Below are positions 10,590-19,644 of a DNA stretch of 64,000 nt, piece after piece. The translations under genes and the position numbers were made by a program. The stretch is from the NCBI GenBank assembly GCA_963845085.1, contig CAWJQI010000004.1, forward strand, positions 448,001-512,000, written 5' to 3'. The notes under the pieces were generated by a model that worked only from the letters and a program-made list of their open reading frames with translations, was not told where the DNA came from and searched no databases. This DNA comes from Candidatus Fermentibacterota bacterium (GTDB lineage Bacteria > Fermentibacterota > Fermentibacteria > Fermentibacterales > JCC-6). Position 1 is the stretch's first letter; each line of letters starts with the position of its first letter.

Positions 10590-10618
10590 TTGCCCGGTGG
10601 CAGGGAAGGTTTTATACT
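10590..10618 (+). promoter_or_regulatory. Putative sigma70 promoter for the glycosyltransferase at 10654
   Basis: TTGCCC (10590-10595), 17-nt spacer, TATACT (10613-10618). Confidence 0.5.
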
Positions 10619-10653
10619 AAGGTATCAAAGCGGGAAGGGACGCGAAAGACCCC

Positions 10654-11847
10654 ATGAAAAAGCTGCTTTTGCTCACCTCGGCCTTTCCTCCATCGGTGAC
10701 GGCCGAAACACAACCGCTCCTTCTGGCGTGCAGGTATCTGCCTGCAAACGGGTGGGAACCAGTCGTGCTTTCGCTGCCCTCCGGAAGCCCTGCTCCGTGC
10801 GACGCAACCCTGGCGGAAGAGATCCCGCGCTCCACGAAGGTGTTCCGCGTCCAGGGAAGCCCGGATGGGAAAAACCTTCCACATGTTCTCGCGGGCATTC
10901 TGCGGGTGCCGGACGAACTGTCGGCATGGAGACGTGTTGTCGTTCAACAGGCGCTCGAGATCGTTCGAAAGGAGAGCCCTGCGTTCGTGGTGCCCATGGT
11001 TCCATCCCATTCGCTCAACATCATGGCGATGGAGATCTCCCGCAAGGCGGGCATCCCGATGGTACCTTTCTTCGCCGGTCTGTGGGTCGCCGATTCACAC
11101 GCCGAGTGGTCGGGCGGCCTTCAAAAGTTCGTACACCGCCTGCTGGAACGGCGCACGGTCAAGGCCGCATCCGCACTCGTCGTTGCAAGCGAGGGCGCGG
11201 CAGGCTACTTTCTTGAGAAGTACCCCGGGTTCTGCCCCCCCGCGCATGTCGTGGAGTGTTCCTTCGATCCTGACAGGTCCGTCCCGGCGGCCCCCATCGA
11301 AAAGGGCGACACTCTGAGAATCGGCTGGGTGGACAGCTTCAGGGGTGTTCATACCCCGGACAGGGTGCTTTCGGGCATAAGGGAATACATTCTGCGAAAT
11401 CCTTCCGACAGCATTCGTATCGAGCATGCCGGGTTCATGCCCGGTAACCCCGCAAAGCCCGACAAAGTGCACTTTCTCGGCATGCTTCCGTGGAGGCGCT
11501 ACCCTTCCTTCATGGCGTCGTGCCATGTGCTGCTGCTTTCGCTTCCCCCGGGGCCTGACAGCCACCGCGACTGCCCTGCGATAACGGCGGACTGCCTCAG
11601 GTCCGGACGATCCATTATGGCCGCAGTCCCCGAGGGCGACATGAGCCAGAAGCTTCGCTCGCTCGGCAGCGCGTACATCTGCCAGCCCGATCCGATGGCC
11701 GTCGCCTCGACAATTGAGAACGTATACGATCATTGGCGGAAGGGGATGCTCAAGCTTCCCCGGGATCCGCTCAGGATATCCGAGCAGCTCGACGGGACGA
11801 CCGCCATGACCCATCTGGCGGCCTTCCTGAACAAGGTATCGGGCTGA
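10654..11847 (+). CDS. GT-B (GT4-like) glycosyltransferase, divergent
   Basis: MKKLLLLTSAFPP, RYLPANGWEPVVL, VPDELSAW, RLLERRTVKAASALVVAS; the C-terminal donor-binding motif is degenerate (CPAITADCLRSGRSI). Confidence 0.7.
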   Translation: MKKLLLLTSAFPPSVTAETQPLLLACRYLPANGWEPVVLSLPSGSPAPCDATLAEEIPRSTKVFRVQGSPDGKNLPHVLAGILRVPDELSAWRRVVVQQALEIVRKESPAFVVPMVPSHSLNIMAMEISRKAGIPMVPFFAGLWVADSHAEWSGGLQKFVHRLLERRTVKAASALVVASEGAAGYFLEKYPGFCPPAHVVECSFDPDRSVPAAPIEKGDTLRIGWVDSFRGVHTPDRVLSGIREYILRNPSDSIRIEHAGFMPGNPAKPDKVHFLGMLPWRRYPSFMASCHVLLLSLPPGPDSHRDCPAITADCLRSGRSIMAAVPEGDMSQKLRSLGSAYICQPDPMAVASTIENVYDHWRKGMLKLPRDPLRISEQLDGTTAMTHLAAFLNKVSG

Positions 11848-11864
11848 CCGGCGAAAGGAAGACA

Positions 11865-12344
11865 ATGGCCGATGTGATCCTTCACGATTTACCGATGGAC
11901 TTCGAGCAGTTCATCGCGAAGCTTTCCACTCTCGGGCAGAGCCCCGAGGGCGCAGCCTCCGCAGTGGTGATCGGGCTTGGTCTGATGGTCCGGGACAGGG
12001 AACTTGGGAGGAAGTGCATCTCCGCCGCAGACCCCTCTCTCCCGCCCGCGAGGTTTCGTTTCGTTGCGGAAAGGCTTGAGGGGAAGGAATACCTGCCGAA
12101 CAGCTACATCCTTGGAACCTCACCCGAAAACCGTTACCAACCCCTGCATCCCCCCCTGGTGATCCGCTTCTCCACAAATCCGCACAGCGGCGATCCTTCC
12201 GAGGGCAGGGTCAAGCTCTTCATCGAGTGTTCCGGCGCGGACAGCCCAAGGCCGATCACCGTGGAAAAGAACAAGGACGGCATGTGGACCGCCGTGGAAT
12301 GGAGTTCCCTCCTGACCGGTATCAGGCCGCCCGTTCAGCCCTGA
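11865..12344 (+). CDS. Conserved hypothetical protein (DUF6935-like)
   Basis: YLPNSYILGTSPENRY...VKLFIECSGADSPRPI...EWSSLLTGIRPP; ATG 11865 follows AAAGGAAG. Confidence 0.6.
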   Translation: MADVILHDLPMDFEQFIAKLSTLGQSPEGAASAVVIGLGLMVRDRELGRKCISAADPSLPPARFRFVAERLEGKEYLPNSYILGTSPENRYQPLHPPLVIRFSTNPHSGDPSEGRVKLFIECSGADSPRPITVEKNKDGMWTAVEWSSLLTGIRPPVQP

Positions 12345-13564
12345 GGAAAGTCCACCGCCATCCTCATCACAAGGGCCCTTTGATCCGATGACCTGTTGAA
12401 CGGATCGCAGGAGACCCCCACGAAGTCCTCGCCGAACATGCTCCAGACGGTTGAAGAGATCGAGCACTCGGGAAGCCTGCCTGTCGGGTTGCCGGCTCCG
12501 TCCAGAAGGTAGGCCAGCTGAACAGGGGCGCCGAAGCCTCCGCTCGGCGTGAAGTCCCCGCCCGACGTGACCGAGACAAGCACCGCAGGTTCGCCATTCA
12601 AAAGCTCAGCAAGAGACCTGTCGGAAGCCCTTATCCTGAGGTCCGGCACACCGAGCGAGGGAACCCCGTCATACGAAGCGCTTGCAGCCCCCGTGAGGGG
12701 AAGGTCGTAGGTGCGCGCAGTCCTGATGTCGGTGAAAGGCAGCCTGAAAACGCCGTTCTCGATGAGGGGGATCCCGCCTTCGGGCGTGACCGTGCCCTCG
12801 GCATCGAAGAACGCCGATCCCTGAAACTCGTCGGGATTCTGCATCAGAGTGAAGTCGGGTGAGAAAACGGCCTGGCCGAGCCTGTTCTTGAGAAGTGACG
12901 ACCCGGTTGCATACCGGAGGCCGTGTAGGTCTGAGACTGTCTGGGAAAGCACTGTGTCGGTTTCGATGAACACGACGGTGAGTTTCCCCGAGGACGGCGG
13001 TGTGACGGGGTTCAGAAATGCCCCGAACTCGCGCCCCAGCTCTCCCAGCAGCTCTTCCCGGTTCCAGACCGGGCCGGCCCTGTGCAGAAAGCCGTCGGCG
13101 ATGGCGTTGCTGCTTCTGTTCTTGAAGGCGAGGCCGAGGGAAAAACCATTGTAGCGGAACAGAAGGTCCATGCTCCCGCTGGAAAGGCTTCTCGTTTCCC
13201 TCAGGAAGGTGAGCTTGCCCGAAACAAGGATATCGGGGAACCTGGCGGAAAGAGCGGAAAAGAAAGCTTCCGCCTCTTCAAGCACGTTCCCCCCGATGTC
13301 GCCAGCCCTCTCCCGGCGGCCCGTGATACCCCTGTTGGGTTCCCAGGGAAAGGCCACACCTCCCATGGCATCGAGGGCGCGCTTCTCAAGATCGGCCATG
13401 TCGGGCTCGCCAAGGCAGCCGGCAACACCGACCGTCGATCCGTCATACAGCCGAAGACCCGTCTGAAGAATGCTTCGTTTCCTCACGGACTCAACGATGC
13501 CTGCCGTAATGCCCGCTGTTGAATCCTCTATGGCCACCTGGCTGATCTGTCTGTCCATGGTCAT
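12335..13564 (-). CDS. pmbA: PmbA/TldE family peptidase subunit
   Basis: FFDAEGTV, LIENGVF, SGGDFTPSGGF; lacks HExxxH; directly downstream of tldD. Confidence 0.8.
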   Translation of the reverse strand: MTMDRQISQVAIEDSTAGITAGIVESVRKRSILQTGLRLYDGSTVGVAGCLGEPDMADLEKRALDAMGGVAFPWEPNRGITGRRERAGDIGGNVLEEAEAFFSALSARFPDILVSGKLTFLRETRSLSSGSMDLLFRYNGFSLGLAFKNRSSNAIADGFLHRAGPVWNREELLGELGREFGAFLNPVTPPSSGKLTVVFIETDTVLSQTVSDLHGLRYATGSSLLKNRLGQAVFSPDFTLMQNPDEFQGSAFFDAEGTVTPEGGIPLIENGVFRLPFTDIRTARTYDLPLTGAASASYDGVPSLGVPDLRIRASDRSLAELLNGEPAVLVSVTSGGDFTPSGGFGAPVQLAYLLDGAGNPTGRLPECSISSTVWSMFGEDFVGVSCDPFNRSSDQRALVMRMAVDFPQG

Positions 13565-13570
13565 GCCCCC

Positions 13571-14893
13571 TTACCGCACCTGCATTTTACGAACCCTTAC
13601 GAAGGGCCCCCCGAAGCCGACCGGAAGCGGATACTGCTCCATCTTTCCGCAACCGCCGCCGATGAAGCCGAGGACCTCCCACTCCCGGGAAAGGCCGTCG
13701 ATCTCGCCCAGTGTCTCCATCACGTTGCCTGTGATCACAGACACCTTGAGGGGCCTTTCGATGGCTCCGTCCCTGATCCTCCACGCCAGATTCGGGGCGA
13801 TGGTGAAGGTCGACATGCCCGAGCCGTGCTTCACGGTCTCCACGAATACCCCCTCCTTGATCCCTGCGAAGAGCTCCTGTTTGGAAAGCTCACCCGGTTC
13901 GATGCAGGTCGAAGTCATTCGGGGGATGGGTTCGAACTGGAAGCTCACTGAGCGGGCGTTGCCAGTGGGCTCCTCCCCAAGCTCGGCTGCCGTGAGGGCG
14001 CTGTGAAGCCTTCCCGACAGAACCCCGTTTTTCACGAGGAATGTTCTGCCGCCCCGGGTGCCCTCGTCGTCGAATGGAGTATGGCCAACGCCCGGAAGCG
14101 TTCCGTCGTCCCAGATCGAGAGGTCGGAAGGGCCGACGGGTGCGCCCAGGGGCCACTCCCTGAGCATCGTTTCGTCGCCAGTCATGAAGTCGGCCTCACT
14201 TTTGTGGCCGAAGCTCTCGTGGGCGAAGATCCCTGCAGCAAGCGGTGAAAGGACGACGGTGTGCTCACCCGCATCAACATCCCCGGCTTCCCTGAGGTAG
14301 AGGAGCGACTTGTCCAGATGAGCCCTGAGTTCACCGTGCAGCCCCTCGAGATCCCTTGGGAGCAGCGCTGTCTTCATGTACTGCTCGGATGCGCGGGAGT
14401 CGCCCTCGGACATGGTGAAACCCACCGCCAGTCCGCAGTGGAAACGGTCGAACGAGACATCGGCCCCCAGGCTGGAAACTATCCTCTTTCGTGAATAGCC
14501 GTCCCCCAGGAAGCCCTGCCACGATGTGATGAGGGGAAAGGCGGAAAGCTCCCCGAAGTACGATTCCAGAAGCGCTTTTTTCGCCTCGAGCTCCATCTCG
14601 GGGCGCCCGGTGAGCTTTTCCTCCCTGTGGCGGGAAAGCTTCGAGAGTATCGGATGCCCCTCGACCCTTCCCCTGTGCGCCATCGCCGCCAGACCGTCAA
14701 GCTCCTGCTGAACCCTTCCGGAATCGGTAAGCGAGGAGTAGTACCACCTGACTCCGTCAAAAACCCTTATGAAGGCAGTTTTCTCGGATCTGACCTTTTT
14801 CTGCTCCAGTCTGCCCATGACGAAAGCTATCACCGTGGTGACGCTCTCCTCGAGGCGCACATCCGAAAAAACACCTGCGGGAAACCTGTACAT
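13571..14893 (-). CDS. tldD: TldD family metallopeptidase
   Basis: AGIFAHESFGHKSEAD, PFDDEG, TGNAR, PIPRMTST, GGCGKMEQYPLPVGFGGP. Confidence 0.92.
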   Translation of the reverse strand: MYRFPAGVFSDVRLEESVTTVIAFVMGRLEQKKVRSEKTAFIRVFDGVRWYYSSLTDSGRVQQELDGLAAMAHRGRVEGHPILSKLSRHREEKLTGRPEMELEAKKALLESYFGELSAFPLITSWQGFLGDGYSRKRIVSSLGADVSFDRFHCGLAVGFTMSEGDSRASEQYMKTALLPRDLEGLHGELRAHLDKSLLYLREAGDVDAGEHTVVLSPLAAGIFAHESFGHKSEADFMTGDETMLREWPLGAPVGPSDLSIWDDGTLPGVGHTPFDDEGTRGGRTFLVKNGVLSGRLHSALTAAELGEEPTGNARSVSFQFEPIPRMTSTCIEPGELSKQELFAGIKEGVFVETVKHGSGMSTFTIAPNLAWRIRDGAIERPLKVSVITGNVMETLGEIDGLSREWEVLGFIGGGCGKMEQYPLPVGFGGPFVRVRKMQVR

Positions 14894-14962
14894 AAGGAAC
14901 CGTCCTTCCCATATATGGCAATCGGTTCAAACTATATCGATTGAGGGGCGGGCCATACAATT

Positions 14963-15736
14963 ATGGCTGATTACTATGCTGGTTTCGCAGAATATTACGA
15001 TGCACAGGTTGAAGCTGTTGGCGGAAGAGATGATATAAATTTCTACTCATCCCTCGCATCCTCCTCCCAGGGCCCTGTTCTGGAGATCGGATGCGGCACC
15101 GGGAGAGTGTTCATCCCCATGCTGGAAACCGGTGCGCAGGTGACAGGCATGGACCTCTGCCCGGACATGCTCCGGATCGCACAGGGAAAACTGTCGGCGC
15201 TTCCGGCGCCGACAAGGGAACGCGGCGAGCTGGTTGCGGGCGACATGAGCAGGTTCGATCTTGGGCGCAGGTTCTCGCTGATCGTAACCCCCTTCAGACC
15301 CTTCCAGCACCTGGCCACGCCCGGACAGCAGCTGGCCTGTCTTGACTGTGTGAGAAGACACCTGGCACCCGGCGGCACGTTCGTTCTCGACATCTTCGAC
15401 CCCGACCTCGACATCCTCACTGACAGGGGAAGGGTCAACGAGTTCGGCGACGAGCAACCGGTGGTGCTTCCCGACGGCAGGACGGTTACCGTTCGGTATC
15501 GCACCCCCCTGATCGACAGAAACTCGCAGGTCTGCCATTGCGAAATGATCCACCACGTGGAGCATCCCGACGGGCGACGGGAGAGACTGGTTCAGCCCTT
15601 CATCATGCGCTGGACGTACCGCTTCGAGGCGGAACATCTTCTTGGCCTCGCCGGTTTCAGGATCAGGGAGGTCTTCGGCGGCTACAGGGGCGAGCCCGTG
15701 GGTGCCGGAGAGCTCGTGTTCATCACTGAGGCCTGA
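14963..15736 (+). CDS. Class I SAM-dependent methyltransferase
   Basis: VLEIGCGTGR, GDMSRFDLGRRFSLI, HLAPGGTFVLD. Confidence 0.9.
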   Translation: MADYYAGFAEYYDAQVEAVGGRDDINFYSSLASSSQGPVLEIGCGTGRVFIPMLETGAQVTGMDLCPDMLRIAQGKLSALPAPTRERGELVAGDMSRFDLGRRFSLIVTPFRPFQHLATPGQQLACLDCVRRHLAPGGTFVLDIFDPDLDILTDRGRVNEFGDEQPVVLPDGRTVTVRYRTPLIDRNSQVCHCEMIHHVEHPDGRRERLVQPFIMRWTYRFEAEHLLGLAGFRIREVFGGYRGEPVGAGELVFITEA

Positions 15737-15836
15737 CGTCTCGTCTTCCATCCCGGCCTGCGAAAAGTGCACCTTACAAGGCCGTGATGCATCCCCCGAA
15801 AAGCATGCCTTCGAAAATGCCGGGATTGGCGGAAAG

Positions 15837-15961
15837 TGTTGAAGTTACCGGGTTATCCACATTCTGCGTCAACACTTGAAGGCCCTTTGCATCGGCATTC
15901 CCCCCACCCTCCACCTTATTTCAACAGTGTTTTCCACAGAGTGGTTGCGCGGGCTTACACA
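15837..15961. promoter_or_regulatory. Cluster of DnaA-box-like 9-mers
   Basis: TTATCCACA 15853-15861 (perfect), TTTTCCACA 15930-15938, ATTTCAACA 15918-15926, plus weaker TGTTGAAGT 15837-15845, GCGTCAACA 15866-15874 and GCTTACACA 15953-15961, in a 218-bp gap between convergent genes. Confidence 0.5.
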
Positions 15962-17288
15962 AATCCAAGAAGCTCTTGGATTTGGTGCGTTGAGAGGGTG
16001 GGTCTGCCCGGTATAGAAACGCGTGGAGCGGCACCATCCCCGATCAGTTCCCGAAGCCCCGACAACAATGCGGCAAGCAGTTTCAGTTCACCTTCGGGTG
16101 AGTGCCAGGCAAGGGGTTCGGGTAGTTCATGGCAGCCCCATTCCACGGTACAACCCCGAAGCAGCCGCAGAACAGCTCCCCTTCTTGCGAGAAACGCACC
16201 CTGAACGATCCCCTGAACCAGCCTGTCCATTTCGGTCGGCTCTTCCGGCGCTTCCAGCTCCCCGCTCCTCTCCGCGAGGAAACGCTCAAGCCCGAAGCGG
16301 AACAGGCTTCGTCCGCCGCACAGCTCCCGGAGGACCGGCGCAGGACCGGAAAGGTCGCTGCCGGAAGCTCCGGCCAGCACTTCGTGTGCAAGCAGCAACC
16401 CCTGAAGCGAAGCCCCGGAGGGGAAGGGGCCGCGGAACACCACCCCGCAGGGCGGTTCCCGGTAGACCTTCCAGTCTGCGCCCAGGTAACAGCATGAAGA
16501 GCCTTCGATCCTCCCGGCCCTGTTGCAGGGAGGGTCGAGCTCGAGGATCATCCTGGCTTCCAGCATCGTGGCTGTGAAGGGGCACGAGCATACCGTCCAG
16601 CGCAGCGAGTGCGCCCGGGCCGCCAGTTCGCCCGCGCCTCCCCCCTCCCTCCCGTGAACCACGAGGCAAGACGCTTCCGAATGCTTCTGGATTTGCCCAC
16701 GTACAGCACGGTGCCGAGGGATGACATCATTTCGTAGACTCCGGGCGAGTCCGGGGCTCCGAGCCTCTCACTGCGGGGCACCCTGCTTGATGACGGCTCG
16801 GGGGTTCGCGGCATCCTCTCCCAGATGAAGCGTGTAGCCTCAACGTGCTCCCGTGCTCTTCTGAGCTCGGGAAGGACGCACCCGAGGTATCCTGCAACAG
16901 CGCGGAGCCCGTAGGCCCGAAGCCCGGGAAGCATTTCCCTGGCGATCTCCCTCGTGCACACATGGTCAGGAAGCTCCATGCCCGTCAGCCACCTCAGCCA
17001 CTTCATCTCGTACATCGCATGGTGCGCAACCGGGCAGGTTTCCGCCAGCGCGGCCCGAAGCAGGTGGCAGGCCTCGGTGAGTTCAATTCCCCGGGAGGAG
17101 TCTTCTTCCGTGATGCCTGTAATGGCCCTTACCCTGCGGGGGATTACTGCTCCGGGCTGCGGCCGCACCAGGAAGCAGTGTACCGGGCCCGAACCCGAGG
17201 CCCAGGCCACTTCCAGAAGCGATCCCGAACCGGGGGAGCCCGCGGCCTGAACGTCAACGAAGAGCGGTGTTTTCCGTGCCGTTTTCAT
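15955..17288 (-). CDS. DnaQ-like exonuclease domain plus GIY-YIG (UvrC/Cho-like) nuclease; frameshift in G6 tract at 16640-16645
   Basis: N-terminal DEDDh fold (LFVDVQAAG, AITGI, VAHHAMYE); GIY-YIG PDSPGVYEM...LYVGKSRSIRKRL continues in another frame as ELAARAHSLRWTVC...MLEARMILELDPPCN. One extra G restores a 444-aa protein. Confidence 0.75.
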
Positions 17289-17310
17289 ACCCCTGCATTA
17301 TATCTCGAAC

Positions 17311-18240
17311 GTGAAAAACGCGCTGAACCACCTCTACAGGCTTGCAGGCAGCACTCTTTCGACGGGGTGGGTTCTGTTCCGCGTAATGATCCCGGCCCTT
17401 CTTCTTGTTCGAGCCATTTCGTATCTGGGCGTGCTGGGTCCCCTGGGGAAGCTTATGGCGCCCCTGATGCGTGCGGCGGGGCTCCCCGGTGAAACGGGCA
17501 TCGTGTGGATAACCGGAATGCTCACCAACATGTACGGTGGCCTGGCCCTTCTTGCCGGGATGGCCGGTTCGCTCGACCTCACAGTCGGCCAGGTCACAAG
17601 CCTGGGCATGATGCTGCTTCTGGCTCACTCCATGCCCGTCGAGGTCACGGTTGCCGCAAGATCAGGCGTCAGCCCGCTTCTGGTGATCCCTCTCAGGGTG
17701 GGCTCTGCGCTTGCGGCGGGAACGGTCCTTCATCTGACGGGTTTTGTCCGGGCATTCGACGGCAGACCCGTCATCCTGTGGAGGGGGGTGCCGCAATCGG
17801 GGGGCATTGCGGAGTGGCTTCTCGGACTGGCAAAGACGATGGGTACGATTCTTGCGGTGATCTTCCTGGTGCTTCTGGCCCTGTCCGTGCTTGAGCGGCT
17901 CGGATTCACGGCTTTCCTTCAGAGATTGCTCAGGCCTGCCTTCAGCCTCGCAGGCATTGGACGGGAGGCAACCACCATCACCGTGGTGGGACTTGTTCTC
18001 GGTATCTCCTACGGGGGCGGGCTAGTGATAAAGGCGGCATCGCGCGGCGACATACCGAGAAGGCAGGTCGTGGCCGCAGTCTGCTTCATGAGCCTGTGCC
18101 ACGCAGTGGTGGAAGACACGGCACTTGTGGCAACCCTTGGAGCATGGACGCCGATGATCTCTGCGGGACGAATTCTGTTCTCATGGGGGATCATGGCTCT
18201 GATCTCGGCGTTTCAGCTGAGGAAGACTCAAGAAACCTGA
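17311..18240 (+). CDS. Nucleoside-recognition (Gate) domain membrane protein
   Basis: APLMRAAGLPGETG, LLAHSMPVE, VGLVLGISYGGGL, SLCHAVVEDT. Confidence 0.8.
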   Translation: MKNALNHLYRLAGSTLSTGWVLFRVMIPALLLVRAISYLGVLGPLGKLMAPLMRAAGLPGETGIVWITGMLTNMYGGLALLAGMAGSLDLTVGQVTSLGMMLLLAHSMPVEVTVAARSGVSPLLVIPLRVGSALAAGTVLHLTGFVRAFDGRPVILWRGVPQSGGIAEWLLGLAKTMGTILAVIFLVLLALSVLERLGFTAFLQRLLRPAFSLAGIGREATTITVVGLVLGISYGGGLVIKAASRGDIPRRQVVAAVCFMSLCHAVVEDTALVATLGAWTPMISAGRILFSWGIMALISAFQLRKTQET

Positions 18241-19567
18241 TGCATTCACCCGGTTCTGGCTCGGGTGGCAGCTCCCCGTCAAGCACGGCCTCCTCAAGCC
18301 TGCGGACCATTGTGCCAAGCCGCCTTCCCGATACCCCAAGGGCATCCTGGATGGCCCTTCCCGTGCCTTTTGCAAGCAGCCTCTTCCCGGTGGCGACAGT
18401 CGCAAGCCTTGCCTCGAGATCGCCAAGCCTCTGAAGCCCGTAGCGCACAGTGTCAGGCGCCTTCGCCTTCGTGTCCGCCGTTGCCAGGGCCAGAAGCCCT
18501 TCAAGGTTGCCCTCCGCAGCCATGGCGAGCCTCCTCACCGCGCCGTCGCTCCAGTCGCTTTTGTAGAGAACCGGCCGCATGTGATTCTGAACGAGGAACA
18601 CAGCCGACCTTCGCAGGGAACGGGGAAAGCGCATCGATTCCGCAGCGGCAGAGAGAAGTGCCGCACCGATCCGCTCATGACCATGGTAATGGGGCTCTCC
18701 GTCTGCGCCGACCGTCATGGCCGCCGCCTTGCCGGCATCGTGGAAAAGGGCCGCCCAGCGGACAGCCAGATCGGGAGGGGTGTTGCGAACGACTTCCAGT
18801 GTGTGGCCCCATGCATCAAGACTGTGGTGCCGTCCCGCCGGAAGCCCGCGCAGACCGGCCAGCCCCGAGAGCCCGGGCAGCAGCTGAAGCAAAACCCCGG
18901 CCTCGAGCATGGCATCGAGGGTACCCGGAAGGTTCCCTCCAGGAGCCGCCATCAGAAGGTTCATCTCCTTCAACTTGCGCTCCGCGGCCACGTGAACGAG
19001 ACCGCCGGCCTGCTCCTTCAAGGCCGCGGCAGTTCTCAATTCAATTCCGAACCCGAGGCTCGCCATGAACCGAAACGCCCGAAGAATCCGAAGCGGGTCT
19101 TCGCGGAAGGAGACGCCGGGGTCGCCCGGAGTTCTCAGAAGCCCTGATCCCAAATCCTTCACGCCATCGAAGGGATCGATGAGCACGCCCTTTTCATCGA
19201 GGGCCATTGCATTCACGGTGAAGTCCCTGCGGGAGAGGTCGTCCATGATATCGGATCCGAAGGTCACCTTGGGGTGACGGGAACCGGGGAAATACCTTTC
19301 ACCCGTTCTGAGCGTTGTTATCTCACACATCCCGCCCGTGACCCTGTCAAGCGCGGTGAGAGTCCCGAACTCGATGCCGATGTCTAGCACCGTGTAGCCG
19401 GCTTCCTCGAGCAGTGCCCGGACGCGCTCTGGAACAGCATCCGTCGAAAGGTCCATGTCTCCGGAGGCAGCTCTCCCCAGAAGCCCGTCACGGACAAAGC
19501 CGCCAACGATGTAGAGCCTGCATCCGGCCCGTGAGAACAGGTTTCTCAGGTTTTCATACATGTCCAT
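18191..19567 (-). CDS. cca: CCA tRNA nucleotidyltransferase / poly(A) polymerase family with HD domain
   Basis: YIVGGFVRD...DMDLST, DLSRRDFTVNAMA, FREDPLRILRAFRF, ALFHDAGK. Confidence 0.88.
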   Translation of the reverse strand: MDMYENLRNLFSRAGCRLYIVGGFVRDGLLGRAASGDMDLSTDAVPERVRALLEEAGYTVLDIGIEFGTLTALDRVTGGMCEITTLRTGERYFPGSRHPKVTFGSDIMDDLSRRDFTVNAMALDEKGVLIDPFDGVKDLGSGLLRTPGDPGVSFREDPLRILRAFRFMASLGFGIELRTAAALKEQAGGLVHVAAERKLKEMNLLMAAPGGNLPGTLDAMLEAGVLLQLLPGLSGLAGLRGLPAGRHHSLDAWGHTLEVVRNTPPDLAVRWAALFHDAGKAAAMTVGADGEPHYHGHERIGAALLSAAAESMRFPRSLRRSAVFLVQNHMRPVLYKSDWSDGAVRRLAMAAEGNLEGLLALATADTKAKAPDTVRYGLQRLGDLEARLATVATGKRLLAKGTGRAIQDALGVSGRRLGTMVRRLEEAVLDGELPPEPEPGECIRFLESSSAETPRSEP

Positions 19568-19644
19568 GAACTGCTAACCTCCGGCGAATACATGACACTG
19601 GAACATCGCGGAGGCAAGCGGTCCGCGGGGCCTGGCGGCCGGGG

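Noticed and set aside
12335..15736. TldD/TldE plus methyltransferase as a RiPP cluster
   Set aside because: No precursor peptide, YcaO, radical SAM enzyme or transporter is visible; the methyltransferase is divergent and TldDE are commonly housekeeping.
15836..16204. 122-aa plus-strand ORF across the DnaA-box region
   Set aside because: Low-complexity Ser/Pro-rich translation overlapping the nuclease gene antisense; no RBS or motif.
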